From: an uncultured Gemmatimonadales bacterium
GTDB lineage: Bacteria > Gemmatimonadota > Gemmatimonadetes > Longimicrobiales > Longimicrobiaceae
Length of the DNA stretch: 64,000 nucleotides
Direction of reading: 5' to 3'
Assembly: GCA_963716255.1 (NCBI GenBank)
Contig: OY970303.1
Location: 1,728,001-1,792,000, forward strand
Shown here: piece by piece, positions 49,069-58,677 of the stretch
Layout of the letters: each line of letters opens with the position of its first letter
How positions within the stretch are numbered: position 1 is the stretch's first letter
The notes under the pieces: model-generated
Told to the model about the DNA's origin: nothing
Seen by the model: the letters and a program-made list of their open reading frames with translations, nothing else
The model's database searches: none
Made by a program: the position numbers and the translations under genes

Positions 49069-49302
49069 ATGACTACCTGCAGCGCGTGCAGTGGCAGCGG
49101 AAAGGTCCAGGACCCCACGTGCAATGGAACGGGCGAAGTGGACTGCTCGACCTGTGGGGGCGTTGGAAAGATCATCGTGGACGGCGAAGAGCAGCAGTGT
49201 CCGCGTTGCAACGGGACCGGCAAAGAGACCTGCCGTGACTGCGACGGGTCGGGAAAGGTGACCTGCCCTCACTGCGGGGGCTACGGAGAAGTAAGCGAAT
49301 AA
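49069..49302 (+). CDS. stand-alone CxxCxGxG zinc-finger repeat protein (77 aa), paralog
   Basis: Same motif spacing as 48532; RBS GGGAG. Confidence 0.85.
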   Translation: MTTCSACSGSGKVQDPTCNGTGEVDCSTCGGVGKIIVDGEEQQCPRCNGTGKETCRDCDGSGKVTCPHCGGYGEVSE

Positions 49303-49425
49303 AGGAGGCTCCGCTCGGCCGGGCGCCCACCCCCGGGTCCGGCCAGGCGGAAAGGATCGTTCGCGCGGGGTCGCCCGGCGCGCGGCAGCCGTCCCCCCGC
49401 CCCACGCAGCTCCGCACGCACGCCC

Positions 49426-49872
49426 ATGACGCCCCTGGCCCGAGTCATAACGGCGAAGATCGCCGTGACGGTCGTGTTCTGGGCGGGTCCGCTGGTCCTC
49501 GCCCCGAAGTGGCTGCTCGCGGATGCCGGGCTGCCCCCGGAGGCCGCCCCGTTCGCGCGGCTGCTCGGCTGGGCCTACCTGGCGCTCGGCGTGGGGTACG
49601 GGTTCGGCCTGCGGGAGGTGCGCGCGGGCCGGCGCGCAACGGACGCTGTGGTGGTGGGGATCGTCAGCAACGGGGGTGCGAGCGCCTGGCTGGCGTACTT
49701 CGGCCTGACCGGTGGCTTCGCGGGATGGCACCCGGCGCTCCGGCTCATGGCCTGGTCGTCCGCCGCGGTGACGCTCGCCATCGCGCTCGGGCTCTACGCA
49801 TACGGGCTGCGCGACGGTGCGGGAAATGGCGGTGGAGCAGCCGTCGATCCCGGTCCGGGAGCCGTGTCCTGA
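49426..49872 (+). CDS. hypothetical 4-TM membrane protein
   Basis: Four hydrophobic segments. Confidence 0.7.
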   Translation: MTPLARVITAKIAVTVVFWAGPLVLAPKWLLADAGLPPEAAPFARLLGWAYLALGVGYGFGLREVRAGRRATDAVVVGIVSNGGASAWLAYFGLTGGFAGWHPALRLMAWSSAAVTLAIALGLYAYGLRDGAGNGGGAAVDPGPGAVS

Positions 49873-49900
49873 GCCCGGGCGGCCGTGCAGCGGGAGCACG

Positions 49901-49936
49901 ACGAAGCCCCCCGGCGCGGACGCCGGGGGGCTTCGT
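49901..49936. terminator. hairpin between convergent genes
   Basis: ACGAAGCCCCCCGGCG/CGCCGGGGGGCTTCGT. Confidence 0.7.
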
Positions 49937-49961
49937 CTTCGAGCGTACCGCGTGCTCCGTA

Positions 49962-50369
49962 CTACTTCGCTTCCCTGTCCAGCTCCAGCGACGCCGAGTT
50001 GATGCAGTAGCGCAGCCCGGTGGGGCGGGGCCCGTCGTTGAACACGTGGCCCAGGTGCGCGCCGCAGCGGCTGCACACCACCTCCGTGCGGATGGTGTTG
50101 TAGCTGGTGTCGATCTCCGTCTCCACCGCGTCCGGGGCGGCGGGGGCGTAGAAGCTGGGCCAGCCGCAGTGGGCGTCGAACTTGGTCTCGGAGCGGAACA
50201 GCTCCTCGCCGCAGGAGGCGCAGCGGTACACTCCCTGGTCCGTGGTGTCCCAGTACGCCCCGGTGAAGGGTCGCTCGGTGCCCTTCTCGCGCATGACGTG
50301 GTACTGCTCGGGCGTGAGCTCCGCCCGCCACTCCGCGTCCGTCTTCACGATCCTGTCCCTGGTCGACAC
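49962..50369 (-). CDS. msrB: peptide-methionine (R)-S-oxide reductase
   Basis: [29 protein letters not shown]. Confidence 0.96.
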   Translation of the reverse strand: MSTRDRIVKTDAEWRAELTPEQYHVMREKGTERPFTGAYWDTTDQGVYRCASCGEELFRSETKFDAHCGWPSFYAPAAPDAVETEIDTSYNTIRTEVVCSRCGAHLGHVFNDGPRPTGLRYCINSASLELDREAK

Positions 50370-50445
50370 GCGTCCTCCCTCCTCTTTCAGGTCCAACTCC
50401 CTGTTGCCGAACGTGATACCCCGCGGGTTCCCGGCGGCTCCCCGG

Positions 50446-51429
50446 TCAGCGGGGGCGCTCGTAGGCCACGCTGATGGTGCTGTAGCGGTGCGCATCCGGC
50501 TCGCTGTGGTACTCGCGGCCGCGCGTCACCACCCGGAAGGCGACCGCCACGCCCCCGGCCCGCAGCCCCGCCCCCACCTCCATCTCCCCCACCAGCGGGA
50601 TCCTGTCCACCCGGGGGCTGTCGCGGAAGGTGTTGCCGTCCAGGAACAGGTTGCGTGCCACCCACTCGCCGCGCAGCGCGCCCGTGGCGAACACCGCCAC
50701 CCGCGGGTCGCCCCGCGACGGCCCCGCCCAGGGGTGCGGCACCCCGTACCCGAGCTGCGCCTCCACCCCCGCCGTGGCGCCGGTGAGCAGGTTCCCCACC
50801 GCCGCGCCCCAGCGCGGCGCCAGCGTCGCCACCCGCACCCCGCCCGCTCGCTCCTCCGCCAGCAGCCGCGCGCCCCCGGCGCGCACCGCCACCGCCGGCT
50901 CGAAGGCGAGCTGGCCGCCCCACCCCTCCGGCTGCCAGAGCCCCACCGCCTCGTGGAAGCGGGTCTGCACCGTTTCGGCCAGGGAGGGCGGCCCGGTCAC
51001 GCCCAGCTCCACCCCCACGGTGCGCTCGCTCCGGTGGCTCAGCACGCGCGCCGTGCCGGCGGCGTACAGCCACCCCGCGTACGGCCGCTCGCCGGGAAGG
51101 GGCAGGGGGCCGTCGCGGCGTGGGGTGTAGATCTTCTGCCCCACCTCCACGCGCGTCGCCAGGCAGCGCCGGGTCTCCGGCTCGGCACGGGTGCACGGCC
51201 GCAGCCCCGGCCCCGCGAGCCTCCCCCACAGCGGCGCGGCGTCGGCGTCCACCACCACCCGCATGCCGTGCGTGTAGTCGTAGTCCGGCCGCGGCACCGG
51301 CGCCCAGAAGTTGAACACGTCGTTGTCCGCCGCCACCTCCACGGAGCGGACGGGCGACTGCGCACCGGCCGCCGCCGGGGCGGCGAGGGCGAGCAGGGCG
51401 GCGAGCAGGAGCCGGGGGGGAGAAGCCAA
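50446..51429 (-). CDS. lipid A deacylase LpxR family (DUF2219) protein
   Basis: [33 protein letters not shown]; start uncertain. Confidence 0.82.
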   Translation of the reverse strand: MASPPRLLLAALLALAAPAAAGAQSPVRSVEVAADNDVFNFWAPVPRPDYDYTHGMRVVVDADAAPLWGRLAGPGLRPCTRAEPETRRCLATRVEVGQKIYTPRRDGPLPLPGERPYAGWLYAAGTARVLSHRSERTVGVELGVTGPPSLAETVQTRFHEAVGLWQPEGWGGQLAFEPAVAVRAGGARLLAEERAGGVRVATLAPRWGAAVGNLLTGATAGVEAQLGYGVPHPWAGPSRGDPRVAVFATGALRGEWVARNLFLDGNTFRDSPRVDRIPLVGEMEVGAGLRAGGVAVAFRVVTRGREYHSEPDAHRYSTISVAYERPR

Positions 51430-51682
51430 CGGAAGTGCGAAAGTGCGGGAGTGCGAAAGTGCGGGACGGCAGGCCGGCCGGGCCGGCTCCGGAACAGCCT
51501 CAAATCTACACGCACGAGCGAGATACGCCAGCCCGGGAGGTCGGAGGAGAGCGGCCTGTGTAGGAAATGTCCCCACGCGCGGTTCCGTAGCTTTCCCTCT
51601 CGTCGTCCGGCTCGCCCGGATGCACCTTGTAGGTGGCCGCGTGTACCGGGCGAGGTGAAGACCACGACACGGGAGGCGAGAG

Positions 51683-52069
51683 ATGCCGGCTGGCACCAGC
51701 ACCATGAGCGCGATCCCCGGCGCGAGGATCGTCCTGGGAGGACACCCCAGCCGCCCCGCGCGCCTGGTGGCGCGGCGCTACCCGGGGTGGGCCAGGCTGG
51801 CGCGCACGCTCGCGTTCGTCGCGCTCTGGGTGCTTTCCACCGCGGGGACGCTGGCCTTCACCTTCGACCCGTTCGTGGCCTCGCTCCCCTTCATCATGGG
51901 CGCCTCCTTCGTGTACCGGAGCTGGCGGGGGCGCTTCCGGGTGGAGGAGTTCCAGGCCGCCTGCCCGCGGTGCGGCGAGGAGCTGAAGATCGAGCCCGGG
52001 AGCAGGATCGCCCTTCCCCACCCGCTGGTCTGCTACCACTGCCACCACGAGCCGGAGCTGGCGGCGTAG
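51683..52069 (+). CDS. small 2-TM protein with C-terminal zinc ribbon
   Basis: RBS GGAGG; TM pair; CPRC..CYHC. Confidence 0.7.
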   Translation: MPAGTSTMSAIPGARIVLGGHPSRPARLVARRYPGWARLARTLAFVALWVLSTAGTLAFTFDPFVASLPFIMGASFVYRSWRGRFRVEEFQAACPRCGEELKIEPGSRIALPHPLVCYHCHHEPELAA

Positions 52070-52083
52070 CCGGGGCGGGGCGC

Positions 52084-52128
52084 ACGACGAAGGGGGCGGC
52101 CGGAGATCCCGGCCGCCCCCTTCGTCGT
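52084..52128. terminator. hairpin between convergent genes
   Basis: ACGACGAAGGGGGCGGCCGG/CCGGCCGCCCCCTTCGTCGT. Confidence 0.7.
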
Positions 52129-52143
52129 CCCGCGGCCGCGGAC

Positions 52144-53169
52144 TCAGGGCGTGGGCGTCGCGGGCATGGCGGCCCGGGCCTGCCGGATCGCGTCGGCGCC
52201 GCGGTCCAGCGTCGCCACCACGTCGGTGATGGTGCGCACCGCGTTCACGTAGAACTCGGGGGTGATCGCCTCCACCTGGTCCGAGGGGTGGTGGTAGCCG
52301 GGATGGTCCTCCACACCGAAGTACACGAACGGGATCCCGGCGGCGTGGAAGGGGCCCTGGTCGGACTGCATGGTCCAGTCGTCGTGCGGGGTGGGCGTGG
52401 GCGTGTCGTGGCCCTGGATCAGGCGCACGGGCGCACGGCCGGCCACCTGCGCGACGTACGGCCGCAGGAACGGCCACTTGGCGGCGCCGGCGGCGTACAG
52501 CTCGCCCTTCTCGCTGCGGCTCACCATGTCCATGTTGACGTTGAGGACGATGGCCTCCTTCGGTACCGGCGGCGCGGCGACGAAGGCGCGCGCCCCCCGC
52601 AGCCCCGACTCCTCCGCGTCCCAGAAGGCGAACACCAGCGTGTTCTCGGGCGGGTTCGCGCGGAAGTAGCGCGCCATCTCCAGCAGCGCGGCGGTGCCGG
52701 AGGCGTTGTCGTCGGCGCCGTTGTAGATGGAGTCGCCCGCGACGGCGCGGCCCACGCCCTCGTGGTCGTAGTGGGCCGACACCACCAGGATGCGCTCGGG
52801 GCTGCGCGTGCCGCGGATCCGGCCCAGCAGGTTGACGCCCCGCACCTGCGCGCTGTCGCCACCCGTGTAGGTGAAGGGATGCTCGAAGCCGGCGCCCACG
52901 GGCTCCAGCCCGGCGGCGCGCATCTCACGCAGCAGGAAGGCGCGCGCCATGGCGCCGCCGGGGGTGCCCACCTTGCGGCCCTGCATGGAGTCGTCGGCGA
53001 GCACGGCGAGGTCGCGGAGCACCCGGTCGCCCTGGATGCCCTGGATACCACCGGCGGTCGTGGTGGTCGACGTGGTCGCGGCGGGGCTGCCGTTCCCCGC
53101 GGGCGCGCACGCCGCCAGGGCCAGGACGGGAAGGAGGCCGCGGAGGGTGCGGACGGAGCTCATGCGCAT
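52144..53169 (-). CDS. M28-family peptidase lipoprotein
   Basis: SAHYDH, NGADDNASG, DAEESGL, NMDM, YHHPSD. Confidence 0.92.
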   Translation of the reverse strand: MRMSSVRTLRGLLPVLALAACAPAGNGSPAATTSTTTTAGGIQGIQGDRVLRDLAVLADDSMQGRKVGTPGGAMARAFLLREMRAAGLEPVGAGFEHPFTYTGGDSAQVRGVNLLGRIRGTRSPERILVVSAHYDHEGVGRAVAGDSIYNGADDNASGTAALLEMARYFRANPPENTLVFAFWDAEESGLRGARAFVAAPPVPKEAIVLNVNMDMVSRSEKGELYAAGAAKWPFLRPYVAQVAGRAPVRLIQGHDTPTPTPHDDWTMQSDQGPFHAAGIPFVYFGVEDHPGYHHPSDQVEAITPEFYVNAVRTITDVVATLDRGADAIRQARAAMPATPTP

Positions 53170-53237
53170 GGGGCTCTGGAGTCGGAGGAGTTCAGGGTCG
53201 CGGCGGACACCGGGAGCGGGGCCCGCCGCGCCATCGT

Positions 53238-54374
53238 TCAGGAGCCTCGGCGAAAGGCGCGCCACGGGGCCAGCAGCAGCCCCATGCACCCCGGCGCCGC
53301 GGCAAAGGCGGGCGGGTCGTCACTGACCACCGCCTCCAGCGGGTAGACGGTCTTGCCGCTGGTGTTGATCTTGGCCTTCCAGGCGAGCCACCCGTCGGAC
53401 AGCGCGAAGGCGTAGACGTGCCCGTCGTGCGAGGTGACGAAGACGTGGGCGGGCAGCCCCGTTCCCACCACTGCGCGGGTGACCAGCTGCTCCTCCCCAC
53501 CGACGGGGACGTCCGAGACCCACCGCGTGGTCCCGTCCGCGGCGTCCAACGAGCGGAGGTACTGTTTTCCGTCTGCCCCGCGGGCGCAGACCAGAACCAC
53601 GCCTCCGTCGTCCGGCACTCCCGGAGAGGTGACGTCGGGGCCCAGCTCCTCCGTCCAGAGCTTCGCGCCGGTGGCTGCGTCCAGCGCGTACAGGGCCGTG
53701 TCGCCGTTGACGAATACCCGCCCGCCGGCCACCGCGATCCCCATGAGGGAAAAGCTGGCGCCCGTGACCAGCCCGTCCGTCTCCCAGAGCTTGGTTCCGT
53801 CCGCGGCGTCGAAGGCGAGCGCGCGATCGACGGCCGTGGTGTAGAGCACGCCCCCCACGACCACCGGAGAGGCCTCGGCGACGATGACCGGCTGCTTCCA
53901 CGCCGGCGACCCGTCCGCACGGAAGGCGTACACGTCGCCCGCGCCCATCACGTACACCAGGCCGTCGGCCACCACGGGACCGCCGATCCAGTTGTCGCTG
54001 TTGTCGTCGTCCACGTCGAACTGCCAGAGCGGGGCGCCGGCGGCGGAGCACGCGCACAGGATGCTGCCGCCCAGCACCCCATAGACCACGCCGTCCGCGT
54101 ATGCCAGCGAGCGCACGAACTTGTCCGCCGCGGGCTCCGTCAGCGGAAAATCCCCAAGCACCTCGCCGGAGTGGAAGGAGAGCCGCACCACTCGCCCGTC
54201 GGCCGTACCGGCATACACGGCGTCCTCCTCTTGGACGCCGCCCCGGACCACGACCACCGGCGACGCAGCATTGACGGGCGCCTCCCACGCATCGATCGCC
54301 TGCCCCTGCAGCGCGACGAGGCGGCGCACGTTGCCCAACAGGGTAGAGGTGAAGACGTAGCTGCCAGCTGCCAT
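53238..54374 (-). CDS. PQQ/BamB-like beta-propeller repeat protein
   Basis: Repeated LYALDAATG..LW-type blades. Confidence 0.82.
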   Translation of the reverse strand: MAAGSYVFTSTLLGNVRRLVALQGQAIDAWEAPVNAASPVVVVRGGVQEEDAVYAGTADGRVVRLSFHSGEVLGDFPLTEPAADKFVRSLAYADGVVYGVLGGSILCACSAAGAPLWQFDVDDDNSDNWIGGPVVADGLVYVMGAGDVYAFRADGSPAWKQPVIVAEASPVVVGGVLYTTAVDRALAFDAADGTKLWETDGLVTGASFSLMGIAVAGGRVFVNGDTALYALDAATGAKLWTEELGPDVTSPGVPDDGGVVLVCARGADGKQYLRSLDAADGTTRWVSDVPVGGEEQLVTRAVVGTGLPAHVFVTSHDGHVYAFALSDGWLAWKAKINTSGKTVYPLEAVVSDDPPAFAAAPGCMGLLLAPWRAFRRGS

Positions 54375-54437
54375 CGCGCCTCCCGGGAGCGGATGTGCGG
54401 AATTGGATGCCGCCGGGGCGTGGTGGCGACCGCGGTT

Positions 54438-54598
54438 CGTAGTTTCCTGCCGTTCCCGCAGATGTTGCGGAGGGAGACTCGCGCGGCCGTTTGCGCGAGG
54501 CTCACGGAGCCGGAGCGGAGACCCGCCGGCAGGTTGGCGGGGCTCCGCGACCCGCGTAGGAAACAGGCCGGCAGTTTGGCCTGGTTCCGGAGCGGCCC
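54438..54598 (+). repeat. family B copy 4
   Basis: Three module hairpins, ends CCGGAGCGGCCC. Confidence 0.88.
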
Positions 54599-54613
54599 TG
54601 CGCGAGAAACCCG

Positions 54614-55141
54614 CTACCACCCCATCCGCTCCCGCAGCCCGGTGACGTGCGCCACGTGGTGCCGCCCGTGCCAGGCGTACAGCCCCAACATCCCGTCCAC
54701 GCGGATCGTCCCCAGCTCCGGGTGCCGCAGCGTCCGCGCGAAGTCCTCCGGCCCCAGCGAGTCCAGCAGGCGCACCCAGCGGTCGTGCAGCGCGTCCAGC
54801 AGCGCCAGCGACACCGCGGGCGGCGTGCTGCGCGTGTCCTCCAGCTCCGCCCAGGCCGCCTCGTCGTACGTCTTGATGGTGGGCTCGTGCTCGGTGAGCG
54901 CCAGCTTGAAGCGCGTGTACGCGTTCACGTGGCTGTCGGGAAGGTGGTGCACCACCTGGCGCACCGTCCACCCGCCCGGCCGGTACGGGGTGTCCAGCTG
55001 CTCCGGGGACAGGCCCTCCACCGCGGCCCGGAGGCGCGCGGGCGTGTCCGCGATCTGCCGGATCCAGCCGGGGACCTGCTCCGCGGCGACGGGAGCGCGG
55101 ACGTCGAAGCGCCCGACGGGGTAGCTCAGATCTGCGGTCAC
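54614..55141 (-). CDS. YfiT/BstA (DinB superfamily) thiol transferase
   Basis: YRPGGWTVRQVVHHLPDSH, YAWHGRHH. Confidence 0.9.
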   Translation of the reverse strand: MTADLSYPVGRFDVRAPVAAEQVPGWIRQIADTPARLRAAVEGLSPEQLDTPYRPGGWTVRQVVHHLPDSHVNAYTRFKLALTEHEPTIKTYDEAAWAELEDTRSTPPAVSLALLDALHDRWVRLLDSLGPEDFARTLRHPELGTIRVDGMLGLYAWHGRHHVAHVTGLRERMGW

Positions 55142-55309
55142 GGGGGTCTCCGGTGCGGCGTGGACGGGGGGGAGCGGGCGGCCCGGCGCGCTGCAAAGTG
55201 GCGCCCGGCCCGGGGCGCTGCAAGCCCGCCCCGCGACCCCGCACTGGAAGACGAGGGCCGCCGGCCGCAGATTGGTGCCGCGCACCCCGTCCACGCCCGA
55301 CACGTGCCC

Positions 55310-57829
55310 ATGCCCGAGCTCCCCATCGAAGCCGTCCTCCCCGAGCTGCGCGGCGCGCTCCGCCGTCGCACCGCCGCCGTGCTCCAGGCGCCCCCCGGCG
55401 CCGGGAAGACCACGCGCGTCCCGCTGGCGCTGCTGGACGAGCCCTGGCTGGCGGGGCAGAAGATCGTGATGCTGGAGCCGCGCCGGCTGGCGGCGCGCGC
55501 CGCCGCCCGGCGCATGGCCGCGGCGCTGGGCGAGCGGGTGGGCGACACCGTGGGCCACCGGGTGCGCATGGACACGCGCGTGGGGCCGCAGACGCGCCTG
55601 GAGGTGGTGACGGAGGGGGTGCTGGCGCGCATGCTCCAGTCCGACCCGGCGCTGGAGGGCGTGGGGCTGGTGGTGTTCGACGAGTTCCACGAGCGCTCGC
55701 TGCACGCCGACCTGGGGCTCGCGCTGGCGCTCCAGTCGCAGGCGCTGCTGCGCGACGACCTGCGCATCCTGGTGATGTCCGCCACGCTGGACGGAGCGGC
55801 GGTCGCGGCGCTGCTGGGCGGCGCCCCCGTCGTGAGCAGCGAGGGGCGCGCCCACCCGGTGGAGACCCGCTACCTCCCCCGCCCCGCCGAGGGGTGGCTG
55901 GACGCGCGGGTGGCGCGCGCCGCGCTGGAGGCGCTGGAGCGCGAGCCGGGCGACGTGCTGGTGTTCCTCCCCGGCCAGGCCGAGATCCGCCGCGTGGAGG
56001 AGCGCCTGCGCGAGGCCGGGCCCGGGCCGGGCGTGCGCGTCGCCCCGCTCTACGGCAGTCTGCCGCAGGAGGCGCAGGACCGCGCCATCGAGCCCTCGCC
56101 GCCGGGCGAGCGCAGGGTGGTGCTCGCCACCTCCATCGCCGAGACCAGCCTGACCATCGAGGGGGTGCGCACGGTGGTGGACAGCGGGGTGATGCGCGTC
56201 CCCCGCTTCTCGCCGCGCACCGGGATGACGCGGCTGGAAACGGTGCCGGTGACGCGCGCCTCGGCGGAGCAGCGCCGCGGGCGGGCAGGGCGCGTGGGGC
56301 CGGGGGTGTGCTACCGCCTGTGGACCGAGGCCGAGCAGTACGGGCTGGTCCCCCACGCCGCGCCGGAGATCCTGGCGGCGGACCTGGCGCCGCTGGCGCT
56401 GGAGCTCGCCGCCTGGGGGATCGCCGACCCCGTGGAGCTGCGCTGGCTGGACCCACCCCCCGCCGCCGCCTTCGCGCAGGCGCGCGGGCTGCTGGCGCAG
56501 CTGGGCGCGCTGGACGCCGCCGGCGCCGCCACCCCGCACGGGCGGCGCATGGCCGCGCTGGGCACGCACCCGCGCCTGGCGCACATGCTCCTGCGCGGGG
56601 CCGGGCTCGGGCTGGGCGCCCTGGCCTGCGACCTGGCCGCCCTCCTGGAGGAGCGCGACCCCTTCCGCGGCGACGCCGGCGTACCCGACGCCGACCTGCG
56701 CCTGCGCCTGGAAGCCCTCCGCGACCCGCGCGGCGGCGGCAGCCACCGAGGCGGCCGCGTGGACGCCGGCACGCTCCACCGCGCCCGCGACGCCGCCCGC
56801 CACTGGCGCGACGCGCTGGGGATCCAGACCGGGTCGCCCCGCCCGGCCGACGAGGCCGAGTCGGCCGGGCTGCTGCTGGCCTTCGCCTACCCCGACCGCA
56901 TCGCGCAGAAGCGCCCGGGGCAGCCGGGGCGCTTCCTGCTCCGGAACGGGCGCGGCGCCGTGCTGGAGGGCGCGCAGGCGCTCGCCGGCGCCCCGTACCT
57001 GGTGGCCGCCGAGCTGGACGGGCAGGGGCGCGAGAGCCGCGTCTACCTGGCGGCTCCGCTGGCGGAGGAGGAGCTGGCCGCCCACTTCGCCGAGCAGACG
57101 GAGACGGAGGAGAGCGTGGCCTGGGACGCGGACACGGGCTCCGTGCGGGCACGGCGCCGGGAGCGGCTGGGCGCGCTGGTGCTGCGCGACGCCCCGCTGC
57201 CCGACCCGGACCCCGGAGCCGTGGCCGCCGCGCTCCTGGACGGCATCGCGCGCGCCGGGATCGGCTCCCTGCCCTGGTCCAGGGACGCGCAGCGGCTGCG
57301 CGAGCGTCTCGTCTTCCTGCACCGCCACGACCCCACCTGGCCGGACGCCTCCGACGCCGCGCTCCTCGCCACGCTGCCGGAGTGGCTGGGCCCGCACCTG
57401 TACGGGCTGCGGCGCATGGACGAAGTGCGCCGCCTGGACCCGGGCGGGATCCTGCTGGACCGGCTCCCCTGGGAGCGCCGCGCCGCGCTGGACGCGCTTG
57501 CCCCGTCGCACGTGCAGGTGCCCAGCGGCTCCCGCATCCCCGTGGACTACTCCGACCCGGACGCGCCCGTGCTCGCCGTCCGGCTCCAGGAAGTGTTCGG
57601 GATGACCGAGACCCCGCGCGTGGCCGGGGGGCGCGTCCCGCTCACCCTTCACCTGCTTTCCCCCGCGAACCGGCCGGTGCAGGTGACGCGCGACCTGGCG
57701 AGCTTCTGGCGCGGCACCTACTTCGACGTCAGAAAGGACCTCAAGGGCCGCTACCCCAGGCATTACTGGCCCGACGACCCGCTCCAGGCGACGCCCACGC
57801 ACCGGGCTCGTCCGCGACCGTCTTCGTAA
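55310..57829 (+). CDS. hrpB: ATP-dependent helicase HrpB
   Basis: PGAGKTT, DEFHER, MSAT, QRRGRAGR, GRYPRHYWPDDP. Confidence 0.96.
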   Translation: MPELPIEAVLPELRGALRRRTAAVLQAPPGAGKTTRVPLALLDEPWLAGQKIVMLEPRRLAARAAARRMAAALGERVGDTVGHRVRMDTRVGPQTRLEVVTEGVLARMLQSDPALEGVGLVVFDEFHERSLHADLGLALALQSQALLRDDLRILVMSATLDGAAVAALLGGAPVVSSEGRAHPVETRYLPRPAEGWLDARVARAALEALEREPGDVLVFLPGQAEIRRVEERLREAGPGPGVRVAPLYGSLPQEAQDRAIEPSPPGERRVVLATSIAETSLTIEGVRTVVDSGVMRVPRFSPRTGMTRLETVPVTRASAEQRRGRAGRVGPGVCYRLWTEAEQYGLVPHAAPEILAADLAPLALELAAWGIADPVELRWLDPPPAAAFAQARGLLAQLGALDAAGAATPHGRRMAALGTHPRLAHMLLRGAGLGLGALACDLAALLEERDPFRGDAGVPDADLRLRLEALRDPRGGGSHRGGRVDAGTLHRARDAARHWRDALGIQTGSPRPADEAESAGLLLAFAYPDRIAQKRPGQPGRFLLRNGRGAVLEGAQALAGAPYLVAAELDGQGRESRVYLAAPLAEEELAAHFAEQTETEESVAWDADTGSVRARRRERLGALVLRDAPLPDPDPGAVAAALLDGIARAGIGSLPWSRDAQRLRERLVFLHRHDPTWPDASDAALLATLPEWLGPHLYGLRRMDEVRRLDPGGILLDRLPWERRAALDALAPSHVQVPSGSRIPVDYSDPDAPVLAVRLQEVFGMTETPRVAGGRVPLTLHLLSPANRPVQVTRDLASFWRGTYFDVRKDLKGRYPRHYWPDDPLQATPTHRARPRPSS

Positions 57830-57852
57830 CTGCTTTTCTGAACGGCTGGTTT

Positions 57853-57982
57853 GGGCGTGCCCCCGGCTGGCGCCGGGGTCGGGCTTCGGCTCCGTAACGC
57901 ACGATAAAACTGTGCGTAACGGAGTCGAGCCCCGCGAAACTGCCCGCGGGTCTCGCCCCTTCGGGCCGAAATCCCTCACGCG
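57853..57982 (+). repeat. family A copy 13
   Basis: Alignment. Confidence 0.95.
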
Positions 57983-58000
57983 GCTCCGCGCTCGCGTCCG

Positions 58001-58372
58001 CTACTCCTCCGCGTCGTCGGCCCCCAGCTCGGCGTCCTCGCGGGCGACGCGCGCCAGGATCCGCTGGCCCTCCGGGGTGTCGTCCGGGACGATGTGCGGG
58101 CTGCCGCAGCGCCTGCACACCACCGGCAGGTGCGTCCGCCGCCAGACCGAGTAGGCGATCCCGGGGACCACGAGCAGCAGGTAGAGCGCCGCCTCGGCCC
58201 GCCACCCGCCCCTCCTGGCCCGGGTCCCCGGGCCGTGGTAGCCGCAGTTGGTGCAGACCTCGGCGGGAGCGCGCGAGCGGGACGCGGCTTCCAGCTCCTT
58301 CGCGCACCGCTTGCAGAGCCCGTCGTCGCGCTTGGTGGATCGCCCGCACTCCCAGCAGACCGCCTCGGTCAT
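58001..58372 (-). CDS. small zinc-ribbon membrane protein
   Basis: Four CxxC pairs, with a hydrophobic stretch between the last two. Confidence 0.65.
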   Translation of the reverse strand: MTEAVCWECGRSTKRDDGLCKRCAKELEAASRSRAPAEVCTNCGYHGPGTRARRGGWRAEAALYLLLVVPGIAYSVWRRTHLPVVCRRCGSPHIVPDDTPEGQRILARVAREDAELGADDAEE

Positions 58373-58677
58373 CACGCTCCTCCGGTCCGTGCCGCAGGCC
58401 CGTCCCTCGCGGACGTGGCCACCCCGGCGAGAAAAAAGCGCTCTCATAGTAGCGCGCCCGCCCCGCCGCATCCAGCCGCATCGTTCACGGCGCGCGCCCG
58501 CGCCGCCGGAATCCGCTGCCACGTCCGGAAACGATTTCCACCCCTCCCGCTTCCCCCCGCTCGCCGGAACGTCCTCAAGCCCCGTGCCGGCAGCCGTTTG
58601 CGCCGCGGCCCGCCGCCGGCACCCGGGTTGCAGCCATACCCGCCGTCCGGAAAAAGAAGACGAACCGGGAGGAAGCG

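Noticed and set aside
45660..49310. Composite transposon or prophage carrying the island
   Set aside because: Only one decayed IS, with no second copy, TSD, integrase or phage genes visible.
1508..57982. Family A as a riboswitch, tRNA or dispersed CRISPR
   Set aside because: Orientation relative to genes is mixed, neighbours are functionally unrelated, no tRNA D/T-loop signatures are present, and the variable part is self-complementary rather than spacer-like.
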